This document shows, one piece after another, positions 49,836 to 60,270 of a stretch of 60,270 nt of DNA. A program made the position numbers and the translations under genes. This DNA comes from Candidatus Cloacimonadota bacterium. GTDB lineage: Bacteria; Cloacimonadota; Cloacimonadia; Cloacimonadales; DAONDQ01. Positions within the stretch are counted from its first letter, which is position 1; every line of letters starts with the position of its first letter. The stretch lies in NCBI GenBank assembly GCA_035402645.1, contig DAONDQ010000005.1, forward strand, positions 1-60,270, in the 5' to 3' direction. The notes beneath the pieces are model-generated. The model was not told where the DNA came from. It ran no database searches and worked only from the letters and a program-made list of their open reading frames with translations.

Positions 49836-51155
49836 TTATGTTAAATAGCGGAAATAAACGTATATTGTGCTTATTATAAGAGAAACGACGGTATAGATGA
49901 TACCATATTTCGTAAATTCCCAGAAAGTGACCTTATGACCTGCCTTATTGGCAATTCCAACAGAGACAACATTTGCAGATGCACCGACAAGAGTTCCATT
50001 ACCACCCAAACAGGCACCAAGTGATAATGACCACCAGAGGGGTTCGATCATTACCTTGATCTGGTCAGGCGTCATCCCGGGATGCATGAGGGCAATCTGA
50101 GCCCCCATGTTCTTAATCAGGGGAATCATCGTAGCTACATAAGGGATATTATCGACAATAGCGGAAAGAATCCCTGACATCCAAACAATGGCGATGGAAG
50201 CGATAGTCATATTGCCATGTGTTGAGTTCATGAAGAGAACGGAGAGTTTATCGATAACACCAGTTTCCACTAAACCACCAACAATAATGAATAACCCGAT
50301 AAAGAAGAAAATGGTGCCCCATTCGATATCTTCGGTCAACAACTTTTCAACATTATGGTATTTACTGATGATCATTAATAAAGTGGCGGCAAGCATAGCA
50401 AGTGTGGCAGCTTCCAGATGCAGGATACCCTGAAATAGAAAGCTGGTAAGAAGAAGTCCCATTACGATAAAAGACTTATACATAAGACCACGATCCGTGA
50501 TCGCATTTTCTTCATTGAAAGCCATGATCTTGCGTTTGGATTCTTCAGTTACCTTCATTTTCGATGCAAACATCAGATAGCTTAAAGGTAGAGAAACCAG
50601 CGTGATAATTATGACTACAGGTGTCAGATTATAGATAAAAGACATGAAGTCATATCCGGTAGCACTGCCGATCATGACGTTGGGTGGATCACCGATTAAG
50701 GTGGCGGTTCCACCGATGTTGGATGCAACAGCCTGGCTGATCATAAATGGCACCGGTGAGATTTTCAATTCTGTAGCAATCAGGATGGTGACAGGGGCAA
50801 CGATCATGATGGTCGTTACGTTCGGCAGAAAAGCGGAGATCACGGCTGTTACGACGAACATGAACAGCATGATCTTGACGGGTTCACCTTTTGCTATTTT
50901 AGCAGTCTTGATGGCAACATACTGGAACATACCGGTTTGTTTAGCCAAACCAATGATCAGCATCATGCCAATCAACAGAAAAAGCACATCCCAATCAACA
51001 TAATGACCGAAGGCTGTTTTTTCGGACATAATGCCGACAGCGATCATAAGGAGTGCTCCGCATAGGGAAGCAATGATCTTATTTATGATTTCGGATGAAA
51101 TAAAAAAATAAGCAATAAGAAAAATACCAATTGATACGAACATGGTGGGAGTCAT
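49836..51155 (-). CDS. ArsB/NhaD (IT superfamily) permease, copy 1
   Basis: Same motifs, but PNVTT in place of DNVTT. Confidence 0.85.
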   Translation of the reverse strand: MTPTMFVSIGIFLIAYFFISSEIINKIIASLCGALLMIAVGIMSEKTAFGHYVDWDVLFLLIGMMLIIGLAKQTGMFQYVAIKTAKIAKGEPVKIMLFMFVVTAVISAFLPNVTTIMIVAPVTILIATELKISPVPFMISQAVASNIGGTATLIGDPPNVMIGSATGYDFMSFIYNLTPVVIIITLVSLPLSYLMFASKMKVTEESKRKIMAFNEENAITDRGLMYKSFIVMGLLLTSFLFQGILHLEAATLAMLAATLLMIISKYHNVEKLLTEDIEWGTIFFFIGLFIIVGGLVETGVIDKLSVLFMNSTHGNMTIASIAIVWMSGILSAIVDNIPYVATMIPLIKNMGAQIALMHPGMTPDQIKVMIEPLWWSLSLGACLGGNGTLVGASANVVSVGIANKAGHKVTFWEFTKYGIIYTVVSLIISTIYVYFRYLT

Positions 51156-51160
51156 GGTAA

Positions 51161-52060
51161 TTAACCTCGAATCAGTTTTTTAAAGATATCACTGGCAAAC
51201 AGGATTCCTGCAAACTTTCCATCCTGGAAAACCGGAAGTAATCTGCGCTGATGCTTCACCATCAGATAAACAGCTTCAGCAATGGAGGAATTTACATCGA
51301 GAAATATGGATATGGGTGACATGATCTCTGAAACAGTCAGAGTGTTTTCATGTTTGAAAATATCTGCCAGCGGTTCAATCGTTCTGGGGAATTTGACGTG
51401 GTCAAGCAGGAGAGCATATTTCGGTACTCCCACTTTCAAATAATCAAGCAATGTTACTTCTCCTACAACTTTTCCTTCTTTATCCTGCACTGGGAAGTAT
51501 TGATATTGCTGCTTATAGAACATATCGCTCAGAAGACTCAGGGGTGTATCTGTTTTAACAGTCTTGAAATGAATCGTCATGACATCGCCGACATTGACTT
51601 CGTCCAATACCAGAATACCCTGGTTTCGAATCAGTGAAATAAAGGATTCAGCAGTTTGCTGTTTACACAGGTCTTCAAATAATTCCTTATTCTTTGCAAT
51701 GCCCATAAAGGCTTTGACGAGATTCAGGTAGAGTTTGGATGCAGCCTTGTCACTAATGATGACAAAGAACATTCGAACATCTAAATTATTAATATTCAGC
51801 GGTGTTTTGGGTACAATGATCGCAATTACAGGATCACCCAGATGCTCAAGGCGAATGTGGGGAATCCCGATTCCTGCAGGAAAGATGGTTGTCTGTTCTG
51901 CTTCACGGGTTTTGAACATGTTCTCGATATCTGTATTGGATAATTCCAAATGTAAATCTTGAGTCATCAGTGGTATGATTTGTGACATCATATCTGACCA
52001 GTCTTGGAAGTCTTTGTCCAAGATGATCAATTGTTCTTGTAGAAAACTTGATAAATACAT
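51161..52060 (-). CDS. PTS EIIA-like domain fused to a CBS pair
   Basis: RE...TT...GIGIPHIR (phospho-His context) followed by V.DVMT, FPV, LPV CBS repeats; start set at ATG52060. Confidence 0.8.
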   Translation of the reverse strand: MYLSSFLQEQLIILDKDFQDWSDMMSQIIPLMTQDLHLELSNTDIENMFKTREAEQTTIFPAGIGIPHIRLEHLGDPVIAIIVPKTPLNINNLDVRMFFVIISDKAASKLYLNLVKAFMGIAKNKELFEDLCKQQTAESFISLIRNQGILVLDEVNVGDVMTIHFKTVKTDTPLSLLSDMFYKQQYQYFPVQDKEGKVVGEVTLLDYLKVGVPKYALLLDHVKFPRTIEPLADIFKHENTLTVSEIMSPISIFLDVNSSIAEAVYLMVKHQRRLLPVFQDGKFAGILFASDIFKKLIRG

Positions 52061-52236
52061 TTTTGCCTCGATTTCTGCTAAAAAAAAATCAACAGAATTT
52101 TCATTTGAGGTCAAACCATTGAATTGAATAAAGTGTCAATTTTTATTTATTATGACCAGTCTGAATGTGTATTTATAACAAGTATCCACCTGAAAAATGA
52201 AAACCTTACAAATTTGGTATTCCTCAAAATTCCCAT

Positions 52237-52266
52237 AAAAAAAGCCCTGCTTAGTGCAGGGCTTTT
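52237..52266 (-). terminator. Intrinsic terminator of rpsA
   Basis: AAAAGCCCTGC-TTAGT-GCAGGGCTTTT with a T-run on the minus strand. Confidence 0.85.
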
Positions 52267-52280
52267 CATTTATCAGTTCT

Positions 52281-53738
52281 TTACAGAATGTTGAACGGAT
52301 TGTCTTCAGGTACGCTGTTCTTTTCGTTTGCGTATTTCTTCCATTCGCCATCGTCTTTTCCACGACCACGAGGTCTTCTTTCCCTGCGGTCACGATCCTG
52401 GAAGTTGGATGACTGTTCCTGTCTTGCAGGACGTTCTTCCGGAACATAATCGAGAGTCTCGAGAGAAATTCTCTTTAGTTCCTTATCAACGGAAGAGATG
52501 CGAAGCGTGATGCTGTCTCCGTTGTTGTAAGAAACACCGCGGGGGACTCTGGAACGTGGGAGTAAACCAGTCACTCCATCTTTAATGGAAACGAAAATAC
52601 CAAAATCTGTGGTGTTTTCGATAATTCCTTCCACTTCTTCACCGACCTTTGCAATTTCGTCGATGTTATCCCATGGGTCCTGCTGAAGAGCTTTCATGGA
52701 AAGGGATATTTTCTTGTCCTTGGGATCAAGTCTCAGAATCTGAGCTTCTACCAAATCACCTTCCTTGATCAATTCACGAGGATGGTTGATTCTTCTACCG
52801 CGTGTCATCTCAGAAAGAGGAATCAGACCTTCTACGCCAGGGGTCAGCTCAACAAAGGCTCCGAAGTTCTGCAGACGCAAAACACGGCAGTTGACAAGGT
52901 CACCTTCCTTATAAATTTCGAATGCCTTGTCGGTTGGATTTTCCATTAATTGACGACGGGAAAGGGATATCTTTTCGCCATCCACTTTCAGAACCTTTAC
53001 TTCTATCTCTTCGCCTATTTTCAGAATTTCTTCAGGTTTTCCCACGTGGGACCATGAAATTTCTGAAACGTGCAGGAGACCTTCGATACCACCGAGGTCA
53101 ACAAATGCGCCGAAATTCGTCATTCTTGTAACGATTCCTTTCAGTACGGCGCCAACCACGATGGAACTCATGATCTTTTCTCTCTTTTCGGCATTGACTT
53201 TGTCTAAAAGTACTCTACGTGAAACGATGATGTTTCTTCCGTTTTCAGAATATTCCGTGACCTTGAAATCATAACTTTGATTCAGATATTGTGCGGGATT
53301 ATCTGTAGGACGAAGATCGATCTGGGAAACAGGACAAAATGCTCTGGCACCGAGGATATCAACACTGAATCCACCTTTAACCTGTCCGAATACCTTGCCT
53401 TTCACCGGAATTTCCTGCTCAAAAGCGTCTTTCACCGCTTTCTTGTCCACATGGGACTTGTTGAGACTGGGCGCAACCACAATACCGGTATCATTGATAT
53501 CGATAATGAAGCCCTTTAAAACAGTACCAACTTCATAAGGCAGATTGCCCTTGTCATCGGTATAATCCGTTTTATCCGCGTAGGCGTCGTATTTGCCGTC
53601 CAGGCTGATGAATAAATGATTATCGGAAATAGTCACGATTTTACCTTCCACAACGTCGCCTTTGCTCCATTGTGCAGTTTTCGTAAACGATTCTTCCAAT
53701 AGTTTCTTGTAGTCTTCTTGCATGTTGCTTTCACTCAT
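52281..53738 (-). CDS. rpsA: 30S ribosomal protein S1 (five S1 domains)
   Basis: Repeated FGAFV..GLLHVSE S1 motifs; start set at ATG53738. Confidence 0.85.
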   Translation of the reverse strand: MSESNMQEDYKKLLEESFTKTAQWSKGDVVEGKIVTISDNHLFISLDGKYDAYADKTDYTDDKGNLPYEVGTVLKGFIIDINDTGIVVAPSLNKSHVDKKAVKDAFEQEIPVKGKVFGQVKGGFSVDILGARAFCPVSQIDLRPTDNPAQYLNQSYDFKVTEYSENGRNIIVSRRVLLDKVNAEKREKIMSSIVVGAVLKGIVTRMTNFGAFVDLGGIEGLLHVSEISWSHVGKPEEILKIGEEIEVKVLKVDGEKISLSRRQLMENPTDKAFEIYKEGDLVNCRVLRLQNFGAFVELTPGVEGLIPLSEMTRGRRINHPRELIKEGDLVEAQILRLDPKDKKISLSMKALQQDPWDNIDEIAKVGEEVEGIIENTTDFGIFVSIKDGVTGLLPRSRVPRGVSYNNGDSITLRISSVDKELKRISLETLDYVPEERPARQEQSSNFQDRDRRERRPRGRGKDDGEWKKYANEKNSVPEDNPFNIL

Positions 53739-53994
53739 GTGCGCACCCTCTATGTATTTGATTGATGTAAAATTACATCTTGCCATGGCAAGTCATTGCT
53801 TTTGCTGACCTGTATTTTGTCCAGATTATTTTGTATTATCTTTAAAAAAATGAAATTTACTTTGCCAAAAATCACGCATCGAAAGGTTATGGTCTTTTCA
53901 TGTCAAAGGCGTTTATTATGCATGCAAATGCAGTCATGATGCAGTTGCAGGAAAATAAAAAAACATGTTATCCCTTGTGAAACGGAGTTAAAAA

Positions 53995-54756
53995 ATGAAA
54001 ATTGTTGAAACACATGCCCATTTGGATCTGCCCGATTTTGATGGTGACCGAGAACACCTGATCAAGCAGTGCAGACAGGAAGATATTATCAATATCATCG
54101 ATATCGGTTATAATAAAGAGACCTCGGAAAATGCCACCCAACTTGCTGAGAAATATGATTTCATCTATGCGACGGTTGGTTATCATCCGCATGATGCTTC
54201 TGATTATCAACCGGATGTCATCAAACAACTTGCACGGCATAAAAAAGTCGTTGCCATCGGTGAAATCGGTCTGGACCTGTTCCGCAATATATCACCGATC
54301 AAGACACAGAAAGAGGTGTTCGAAGATCAGATCATTCTTTCCCTTGAGTACGATCTGCCCGTGGTCATACATGACCGTGATGCCCACGAGGACTGTTACA
54401 ATCTTCTCAAGAAGCATAATCTGAAGAATGTGGTCTTTCATTGTTTTTCAGGTGATGTCATATTTGCGGAAAAACTGTTGAAGGAAGGCTGGAAGATGTC
54501 TTTTACCGGTAATATCACATACAATAATCCGAATCTCCATGATGTGATCCGCATGCTGCCAGAGGATTCCTTTTTTGTAGAAACAGATTGCCCCTACCTT
54601 TCTCCACTTCCATTGCGGGGAAAAAGAAACAGTCCGCTGAATCTGCATCTCATCGTCGGTCAGATAGCCGATATTCGTATGCAGACACCCAAGGAAATAG
54701 CAGAAATCACGACAAGGAATGCTCTGAAGTTCTTCAACATTCCGGAACCTAAATAA
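53995..54756 (+). CDS. tatD: TatD family DNase
   Basis: ETHAHL, GYHPH, AIGEIGLD, IHDRDA, HCFSG, ETDCPYL motifs. Confidence 0.93.
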   Translation: MKIVETHAHLDLPDFDGDREHLIKQCRQEDIINIIDIGYNKETSENATQLAEKYDFIYATVGYHPHDASDYQPDVIKQLARHKKVVAIGEIGLDLFRNISPIKTQKEVFEDQIILSLEYDLPVVIHDRDAHEDCYNLLKKHNLKNVVFHCFSGDVIFAEKLLKEGWKMSFTGNITYNNPNLHDVIRMLPEDSFFVETDCPYLSPLPLRGKRNSPLNLHLIVGQIADIRMQTPKEIAEITTRNALKFFNIPEPK

Positions 54757-54776
54757 AGACAGATAGTTCAAGATTG

Positions 54777-54803
54777 AAAGGGCGTTACCACACGCCCTTT
54801 TTT
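54777..54803 (+). terminator. Intrinsic terminator of tatD
   Basis: AAAGGGCGT-TACCAC-ACGCCCTTT followed by a T-run. Confidence 0.85.
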
Positions 54804-54966
54804 ATTTATTACTTGCATCCGGAATGCGAATTATTATTTTGCCGAATACGTGTACCAATATAATGGAATTCGGGTGATATGATGGATTCATCTGGAAAAT
54901 AATATACTGGAAAAACAGGTTCCGAATGTTCTATAAATTAGTAGTGCCATTGAAAAGGAGATTCCC

Positions 54967-56337
54967 ATGAAGAAGAGATACGTATGGATAATCATCATAC
55001 TGCTTATTGTAATTGCATTTTTTGCTTTTGGCAAAAAGATGATCTTCAAAAAGGAAAAAACAGAATATAGAACTGCAGAAGTGACAAAAGGTGAGATTCG
55101 TGAAACAGTAACTGCCACAGGTTCACTCGGAGCAGTGGAAACAGTGAATGTGGGTACCCAGGTATCGGGAACGATTGCCAAGATCAATGTGGATTTCAAC
55201 TCCAAAGTAAAGAAAGGACAAGTCATTGCTTTGATCGACCCTACTCCATTGCAGATTAGTGTTGCATCAGCAGAAGCAAATCTTCAGAAAGCCAAGTTAT
55301 CAGCTCAACTTGCAAAACTGCAAATGGATCCCGTCTTGACTTTAAAGAAACAGGATCTGGTTTCCCAATCTGATGTGGATAATGCGAGAATTGCGTATGA
55401 TGTTGCCTTAGCCAATGTAAAAACGGCTGAATATCAATTGCAGCTTGCAAAAACCAATCTCAGGAATGCAACGATATTAGCACCTATCAGCGGTGTCGTT
55501 ATTTCAAGAGCCGTTGATCCCGGGCAGACAGTTGCTGCAAGTTTCAATACACCTACATTGTTCAGCATTGCAAATGACCTGAGAAATATGCAGGTAATCG
55601 CAAGCGTAGATGAAGCGGATATTGGAAAAGTAAAAACAGGACAGAAGGTCACATTTAATGTAGATGCCTTCCCGGACAGAGAATACGATGGAATGGTCAC
55701 ACAAATCCGCATGCAGCCTTCAACCGATAATAATGTGGTTACATACAATGTTGTCGTTAGTGTAGTTAATGAAGATCTGAGCCTGTTGCCAGGTATGACA
55801 GCCAATCTTACAATTCTGGTTACCTCGAGAGAAAATGTCTTCAAGGTTCCGGTTGCTGCTCTTCAATTCAAACCTCCATTTACGAAGGGAAATAATAAAG
55901 GGGCAAAGTCAGATTCATCTTTCAACGGTATGGGACAGAGCCAGAATTCCAATAATACAGGTTCATCCAATTCCTCGAATGGCGGAAGACAATGGCAAGG
56001 CAATGGTCAAAACCAAGGACAGAAACAACAAGTAGCAGGCATGGGACAATGGCCTGGACGACATCGCGGAATGGCAGGCAGAGATAGCATCAAAAGCGCT
56101 CAAAACCAGCAGGTGATGGAACCGGGGAAGGTTTATCTCCTGGTGAACGGGCAACCGCAGAAAGTAAAGGTTATGACTGGAATCTCTGACGGGACTTATA
56201 CGGAAGTGAAGGGTGAATTGAAGGAAGGAGACCAGGTAATTATCGGTGTTGTGCCTAATTCCAAATCCAAGAATGGCAACTCATCTTCGAATTCAGCACC
56301 GGGCTTCGGTGGTTTCGGACCTGGACGGGGACATTAA
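54967..56337 (+). CDS. MacA-like periplasmic adaptor (MFP)
   Basis: V.VGTQVSG, I.APISGVV, GQTVAAS, VDEADIG motifs; N/S/G/Q-rich insert. Confidence 0.9.
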   Translation: MKKRYVWIIIILLIVIAFFAFGKKMIFKKEKTEYRTAEVTKGEIRETVTATGSLGAVETVNVGTQVSGTIAKINVDFNSKVKKGQVIALIDPTPLQISVASAEANLQKAKLSAQLAKLQMDPVLTLKKQDLVSQSDVDNARIAYDVALANVKTAEYQLQLAKTNLRNATILAPISGVVISRAVDPGQTVAASFNTPTLFSIANDLRNMQVIASVDEADIGKVKTGQKVTFNVDAFPDREYDGMVTQIRMQPSTDNNVVTYNVVVSVVNEDLSLLPGMTANLTILVTSRENVFKVPVAALQFKPPFTKGNNKGAKSDSSFNGMGQSQNSNNTGSSNSSNGGRQWQGNGQNQGQKQQVAGMGQWPGRHRGMAGRDSIKSAQNQQVMEPGKVYLLVNGQPQKVKVMTGISDGTYTEVKGELKEGDQVIIGVVPNSKSKNGNSSSNSAPGFGGFGPGRGH

Positions 56338-56338
56338 A

Positions 56339-57082
56339 ATGAACCTCGTCGAAATCAAGCATTTGGTGAAGACTTATAATCCTGAAGGTATGGCTGTTCA
56401 TGCCTTAAGAGGAATCGACCTCGAGATCCAGGAAGGTGAGTTTGTTGCCATCATGGGTGCCTCCGGCTCGGGGAAGACCACTTTTATGAACATCATTGGT
56501 TGTCTGGATACTGCCACGAAAGGCGAGTATTTTCTGAATGGACAGGAGATTGGCGGTTTTACGATGGAAGAACTTGCGCAAGTGCGAAGTGAACGTATCG
56601 GTTATGTATTCCAGTCCTTCTTTTTACTTCCCAGAACATCAGCCATAGAAAATGTCATGCTTCCACTGTTATATGGACAAAAGAAGAAACATCATGAAAT
56701 GATTGAAATTTCCCAAGCTGCCCTCGATAGAGTGGGATTGAAAGAGAGATCTCATAATATGCCCAACCAGTTATCAGGTGGGCAGCAGCAACGTGTTGCA
56801 ATAGCCAGGGCATTGGTGAATCAACCGATTCTGATCCTTGCTGACGAACCAACGGGAAACCTCGATACACATACAAGTTACGAGATCATGGCAATATTCC
56901 AGGAACTGAACAAGATGGGGAAGACTATCATCCTGATCACTCACGAACCCGATATTGCCCAATTTGCAAAAAGGAATGTGATCTTCAGGGATGGGAAGAT
57001 CAGCCGTGATTTCCAGGTAACCCAGATCAAGGATGCTCGCATAGAACTGGAAAAGATACCTCCCTTGGAGGACTCACAATGA
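56339..57082 (+). CDS. MacB/LolD-like ABC ATPase
   Basis: GASGSGKT, LSGGQQQRVAIARAL, ADEPTGNLD motifs; start set at ATG56339. Confidence 0.92.
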   Translation: MNLVEIKHLVKTYNPEGMAVHALRGIDLEIQEGEFVAIMGASGSGKTTFMNIIGCLDTATKGEYFLNGQEIGGFTMEELAQVRSERIGYVFQSFFLLPRTSAIENVMLPLLYGQKKKHHEMIEISQAALDRVGLKERSHNMPNQLSGGQQQRVAIARALVNQPILILADEPTGNLDTHTSYEIMAIFQELNKMGKTIILITHEPDIAQFAKRNVIFRDGKISRDFQVTQIKDARIELEKIPPLEDSQ

Positions 57083-58296
57083 ACTTAGCACAAACATTCA
57101 TCATCTCGACACATTCTCTAAAAAGAAATCGAACGCGTACATTTCTAACGATGCTCGGCGTCATCATTGGTGTAGCAGCAGTGATCTCTGTTCTTGCCAT
57201 AGGGCAGGGAGCCAGGAACCAGGTACAAGCCCAAATTGCAAGTATGGGAACCAATGTCCTCATGGTATTTCCGACATTTGGGAATACCTCGGGAGCAAGA
57301 GGTGAAGCAGGTACTGCTTTGAGCATCAGTGAAGATGATGTGAAGGCAATTGAGCAACAGGCAATTCGTGTTGATGCAGTTTCTCCCGTAATGAGAACCG
57401 GAGCTCAAGTTATATATGGCAATCAAAACTGGCGAACTTCTGTCATGGGTGTTTATCCATCCTACATGACAATCAGGGATATGCAGCTTTCTGATGGCAT
57501 TTCTTTTACAGATAATGATGAGCGTGGTGCCACCAAAGTATGCGTGATTGGTCAGACGGTCGCCACCAATCTGTTTGGCTCTGATGAACCTATAGGAAAG
57601 ATCATCAGGGTAAGAAGCATTCCGTGTAAGGTTATCGGTGTCATTGCATCCAAAGGACAGAATGCCATGGGACAGGATCAGGATGATGTTATTCTTGCTC
57701 CGTTCTCAACGGTTCAGAAGCGATTGATAGGTGAATGGAGACCCATGTCCATCCAATTATCCTGCTCGAATCAGTCAGATATTCCTTATGTCGAGAGTGA
57801 AGTTGAACAGATACTTCGAACAAGACATAAGATTGCCCAGGGTGAATCTAATAATTTTGAGATCAGATCACAAACTGATATTGCCCAAGCCGCAGATTCA
57901 ACGTCCAAGACCATGACCATCCTTCTGGCAAGCATAGCAGGAATATCTCTCCTTGTTGGTGGTATCGGTATTATGAATATCATGTTTGTATCTGTTACCG
58001 AAAGAACGAAGGAAATAGGGATACGTCTCGCCGTAGGCGCTCGGAAAAGAGATATTCTTTTGCAATTCCTTGTTGAATCAGTATTAATCAGTTTTCTAGG
58101 TGGATTCATAGGCATTGCTCTCGGTTCGGTTTTAACGCAGATCATATCCAAGACGCAGGGATGGCCTGTCAGCATCAGCGTCTTTTCCATCATCCTTGCA
58201 TTCTGTTTCTCTACAGCGGTAGGTGTTTTCTTTGGATGGTATCCAGCGAGAAAGGCTGCCAATTTGAAGATCATCGACGCATTGAGATACGAATAA
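57079..58296 (+). CDS. MacB-like ABC permease
   Basis: LTMLGVIIGV, VGGIGIMNIM.VSVTERTKEIGIR motifs. Confidence 0.92.
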   Translation: MNLAQTFIISTHSLKRNRTRTFLTMLGVIIGVAAVISVLAIGQGARNQVQAQIASMGTNVLMVFPTFGNTSGARGEAGTALSISEDDVKAIEQQAIRVDAVSPVMRTGAQVIYGNQNWRTSVMGVYPSYMTIRDMQLSDGISFTDNDERGATKVCVIGQTVATNLFGSDEPIGKIIRVRSIPCKVIGVIASKGQNAMGQDQDDVILAPFSTVQKRLIGEWRPMSIQLSCSNQSDIPYVESEVEQILRTRHKIAQGESNNFEIRSQTDIAQAADSTSKTMTILLASIAGISLLVGGIGIMNIMFVSVTERTKEIGIRLAVGARKRDILLQFLVESVLISFLGGFIGIALGSVLTQIISKTQGWPVSISVFSIILAFCFSTAVGVFFGWYPARKAANLKIIDALRYE

Positions 58297-58435
58297 TCGG
58301 ATTTTCAGCTAACAGTTTTCAGTCTACCGAGGAAAAGTGCAGGCTCTTGACTGTTAGCTGAATGCAATAAAAATTGACAATTCATTCAGTAGATTGATTT
58401 TTGAAAAAACACGAATAGCATGCGAGGAGACTTGA

Positions 58436-59665
58436 ATGGCTCTTTCCACCAAACACGTATCAGGACTGGTGTTGATACTTTTTTGTATGATTATTCCTGC
58501 ATGGGCAGGAAATTCTATTTTTTCCTTCGATGGCTTTCCCAATCAATACTATGGAAATGATATCTATGGTTTGAGCATGGGTGATACAGGTATGGCGGAT
58601 ACATATCGCTTGAACACTGGTTTTGGTAATCCGGCTCTCATAGCCAGAACGAAGAATGCTGTTTTTTCCACAGGGGTCATGTTCGGTTACACGAACTATA
58701 AAGACGATACAAATAAGAAATTCCGTGATAATTCCCTGGATTTTCCCTATTTCAATATGGTGATCCCCATCTCGAATCATAAACTCGGATTTCAATTTCA
58801 ATCCCTTTCCTCTGGTATCGTGAATGATCAGAGAACCATCACTCCTGCCGATACGACCGAAATTTCCTATACCGAACGAAATGCTGTAGATTCATATCTA
58901 TATCGTGTGGATTTCATGTATTCCTACCCATATAAGTATTTTGATTTCGGCATTGCCCTGAATTACTACCTTGGACACGAAACCCATTCCATCAGCCAAG
59001 ACTCTGGCAATAGCCCATTCAATACATTCTATTCACTCTATAAGACTTATGATAATCCGGGGGTATCAATCGGATTCATCAAGAAAATGAAGAAGATGAG
59101 CACTGCCCTGACCTATGTTTCAGCAGCGAAACTGACAGGGGATTCCGAGCTTAAATCGATCCAGATTACCAATGACCTTGGGAAGTCAGAATACAACTTG
59201 CCCAATCGATTCAGTTTAGGTATGACTTTGAATCACAATGACAAATTCAGATCGTCATATGAAATTCATTACGATATGTGGAACGCGGCAAATAATCCTG
59301 AGAATACGGAAGATAGTTGGAAGATTGGCGTTGGAGCTGACTACATTGCCAATAACAATGCAGATCATTTCCTTGCCAGAATGCCATTGCGTGCAGGTCT
59401 TTCCTGGCGTCGGCTTCCTTTCCTGAAGAATGGGAATGCCATTGATGAAAAGAGTGCTTCCATTGGTTTGACACTTCCTCTCAAGAATCCTGATAATAGG
59501 ATTGATTTGGGATTTATATTCTCCATGCGGGGTGACAAATCGAAGAATCTTGTGCAGGAAAATTCCGCCATGTTCCTTCTCGGTATCACCGGTTTTGATA
59601 TCTTCACTCGTGAACACAGACGCACAGAACCCAGAGAAATACCCAAAGTCGAGGAAATCGAGTAA
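58436..59665 (+). CDS. Outer-membrane beta-barrel protein (FadL/OmpP1-like)
   Basis: Signal peptide, SMG..G...NPA hatch motif, alternating beta-strands. Confidence 0.65.
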   Translation: MALSTKHVSGLVLILFCMIIPAWAGNSIFSFDGFPNQYYGNDIYGLSMGDTGMADTYRLNTGFGNPALIARTKNAVFSTGVMFGYTNYKDDTNKKFRDNSLDFPYFNMVIPISNHKLGFQFQSLSSGIVNDQRTITPADTTEISYTERNAVDSYLYRVDFMYSYPYKYFDFGIALNYYLGHETHSISQDSGNSPFNTFYSLYKTYDNPGVSIGFIKKMKKMSTALTYVSAAKLTGDSELKSIQITNDLGKSEYNLPNRFSLGMTLNHNDKFRSSYEIHYDMWNAANNPENTEDSWKIGVGADYIANNNADHFLARMPLRAGLSWRRLPFLKNGNAIDEKSASIGLTLPLKNPDNRIDLGFIFSMRGDKSKNLVQENSAMFLLGITGFDIFTREHRRTEPREIPKVEEIE

Positions 59666-60270
59666 TGAACCTAAGATGGGTCCTTCCAGAACCATCATCA
59701 GTTCCTATTTTTGACCAGATTCTCGCACAGAGGAATCTCACAAAAGATGCCTTGCGTGCGGGTATTGAAAGTCTACCTGATGAAGCACTGCTCACAGATA
59801 TAGATAAGGCTGCTTCTCGCATCATCAATGCCCTTTATCGAAAGGAAAAGATCGCAATCTTCGGTCATGATGATGCTGATGGCTTGACCAGTACATACCT
59901 CCTCTTCGATTTTCTGGAACGCTGTGGCTTCCAAAACCATCACTTCTACATCCCGAATCGAATGATTGAATCACACGGTATTCAGGACAGTTTTATCCGT
60001 TATGTAGAGCAGGGGAAGTTCAAACTCGTTGTTACTGTCGATAATGGTATTGTTGCCTTCGAAGGTGTTGAAAAACTCAATCAGCTTGGTTGCGATGTCG
60101 TTATCACCGATCACCACCTTACGTACAACGACCAGTTGCCAAATGCCTATGCGGTTGTAAATCCCAAACGTGCAGATGATAAATATCCATACAAAATGCC
60201 TGCTGGTGTGGGCATGACTTTGCTGCTCATCCGCTATCTTGCTCGTATGCTGAAAGTGGAAGTCCCACAG
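59665..60270 (+). CDS. recJ: ssDNA exonuclease RecJ (DHH family), 3'-truncated by window
   Basis: Own translation: IAIFGHDDADG, IPNR...HG, VTVDNG, ITDHH, VVNP, AGVG; TAATG overlap with the upstream stop. Confidence 0.88.
   Translation, partial: MNLRWVLPEPSSVPIFDQILAQRNLTKDALRAGIESLPDEALLTDIDKAASRIINALYRKEKIAIFGHDDADGLTSTYLLFDFLERCGFQNHHFYIPNRMIESHGIQDSFIRYVEQGKFKLVVTVDNGIVAFEGVEKLNQLGCDVVITDHHLTYNDQLPNAYAVVNPKRADDKYPYKMPAGVGMTLLLIRYLARMLKVEVPQ

Noticed and set aside
52281..53738. Five-domain S1 as a novelty
   Set aside because: S1 domain number is known to vary among bacterial lineages

Overview
Bacterial chromosomal window from a diderm organism, shown by a LolC/E-type permease and an outer-membrane barrel. 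Taxonomy cannot be fixed from sequence alone; Cloacimonadota-like is only a guess. (1) 1-23.5 kb: surface-polysaccharide locus with GT2/GT4, flippase, initiating sugar transferase and two UDP-GlcNAc 2-epimerases. It is unusually rich in amide/acyl-decorating enzymes (FemAB-like, two ATP-grasp, AsnB-like, PIG-L + FabH + SDR + acyltransferase) and carries a decayed GH38 pseudogene. (2) ackA. (3) 24.9-33.9 kb: integrase-less defence island with higB, a HigA-ImmA/IrrE fusion, a structured intergenic element, two microproteins, type I RM (hsdR-hsdS-hsdM) and a translationally coupled HEPN protein. It is bracketed by REP-like hairpins and a perfect 42-bp palindrome. (4) degP and the mreB-mreC-[CofE-like]-mreD-mrdA-rodA-lipoprotein operon. 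(5) A REP-associated tyrosine transposase with three cognate repeats that also bracket a secreted orphan gene, next to a 400-bp hub of unrelated repeat families. (6) Housekeeping genes: lolC/E-like, lysS, PTS-IIA/CBS plus two ArsB/NhaD permeases, rpsA, tatD, a MacAB-like exporter, an OM barrel and partial recJ. No rRNA, tRNA or CRISPR was recognised. All family calls come from motif recognition by eye, not database searches.
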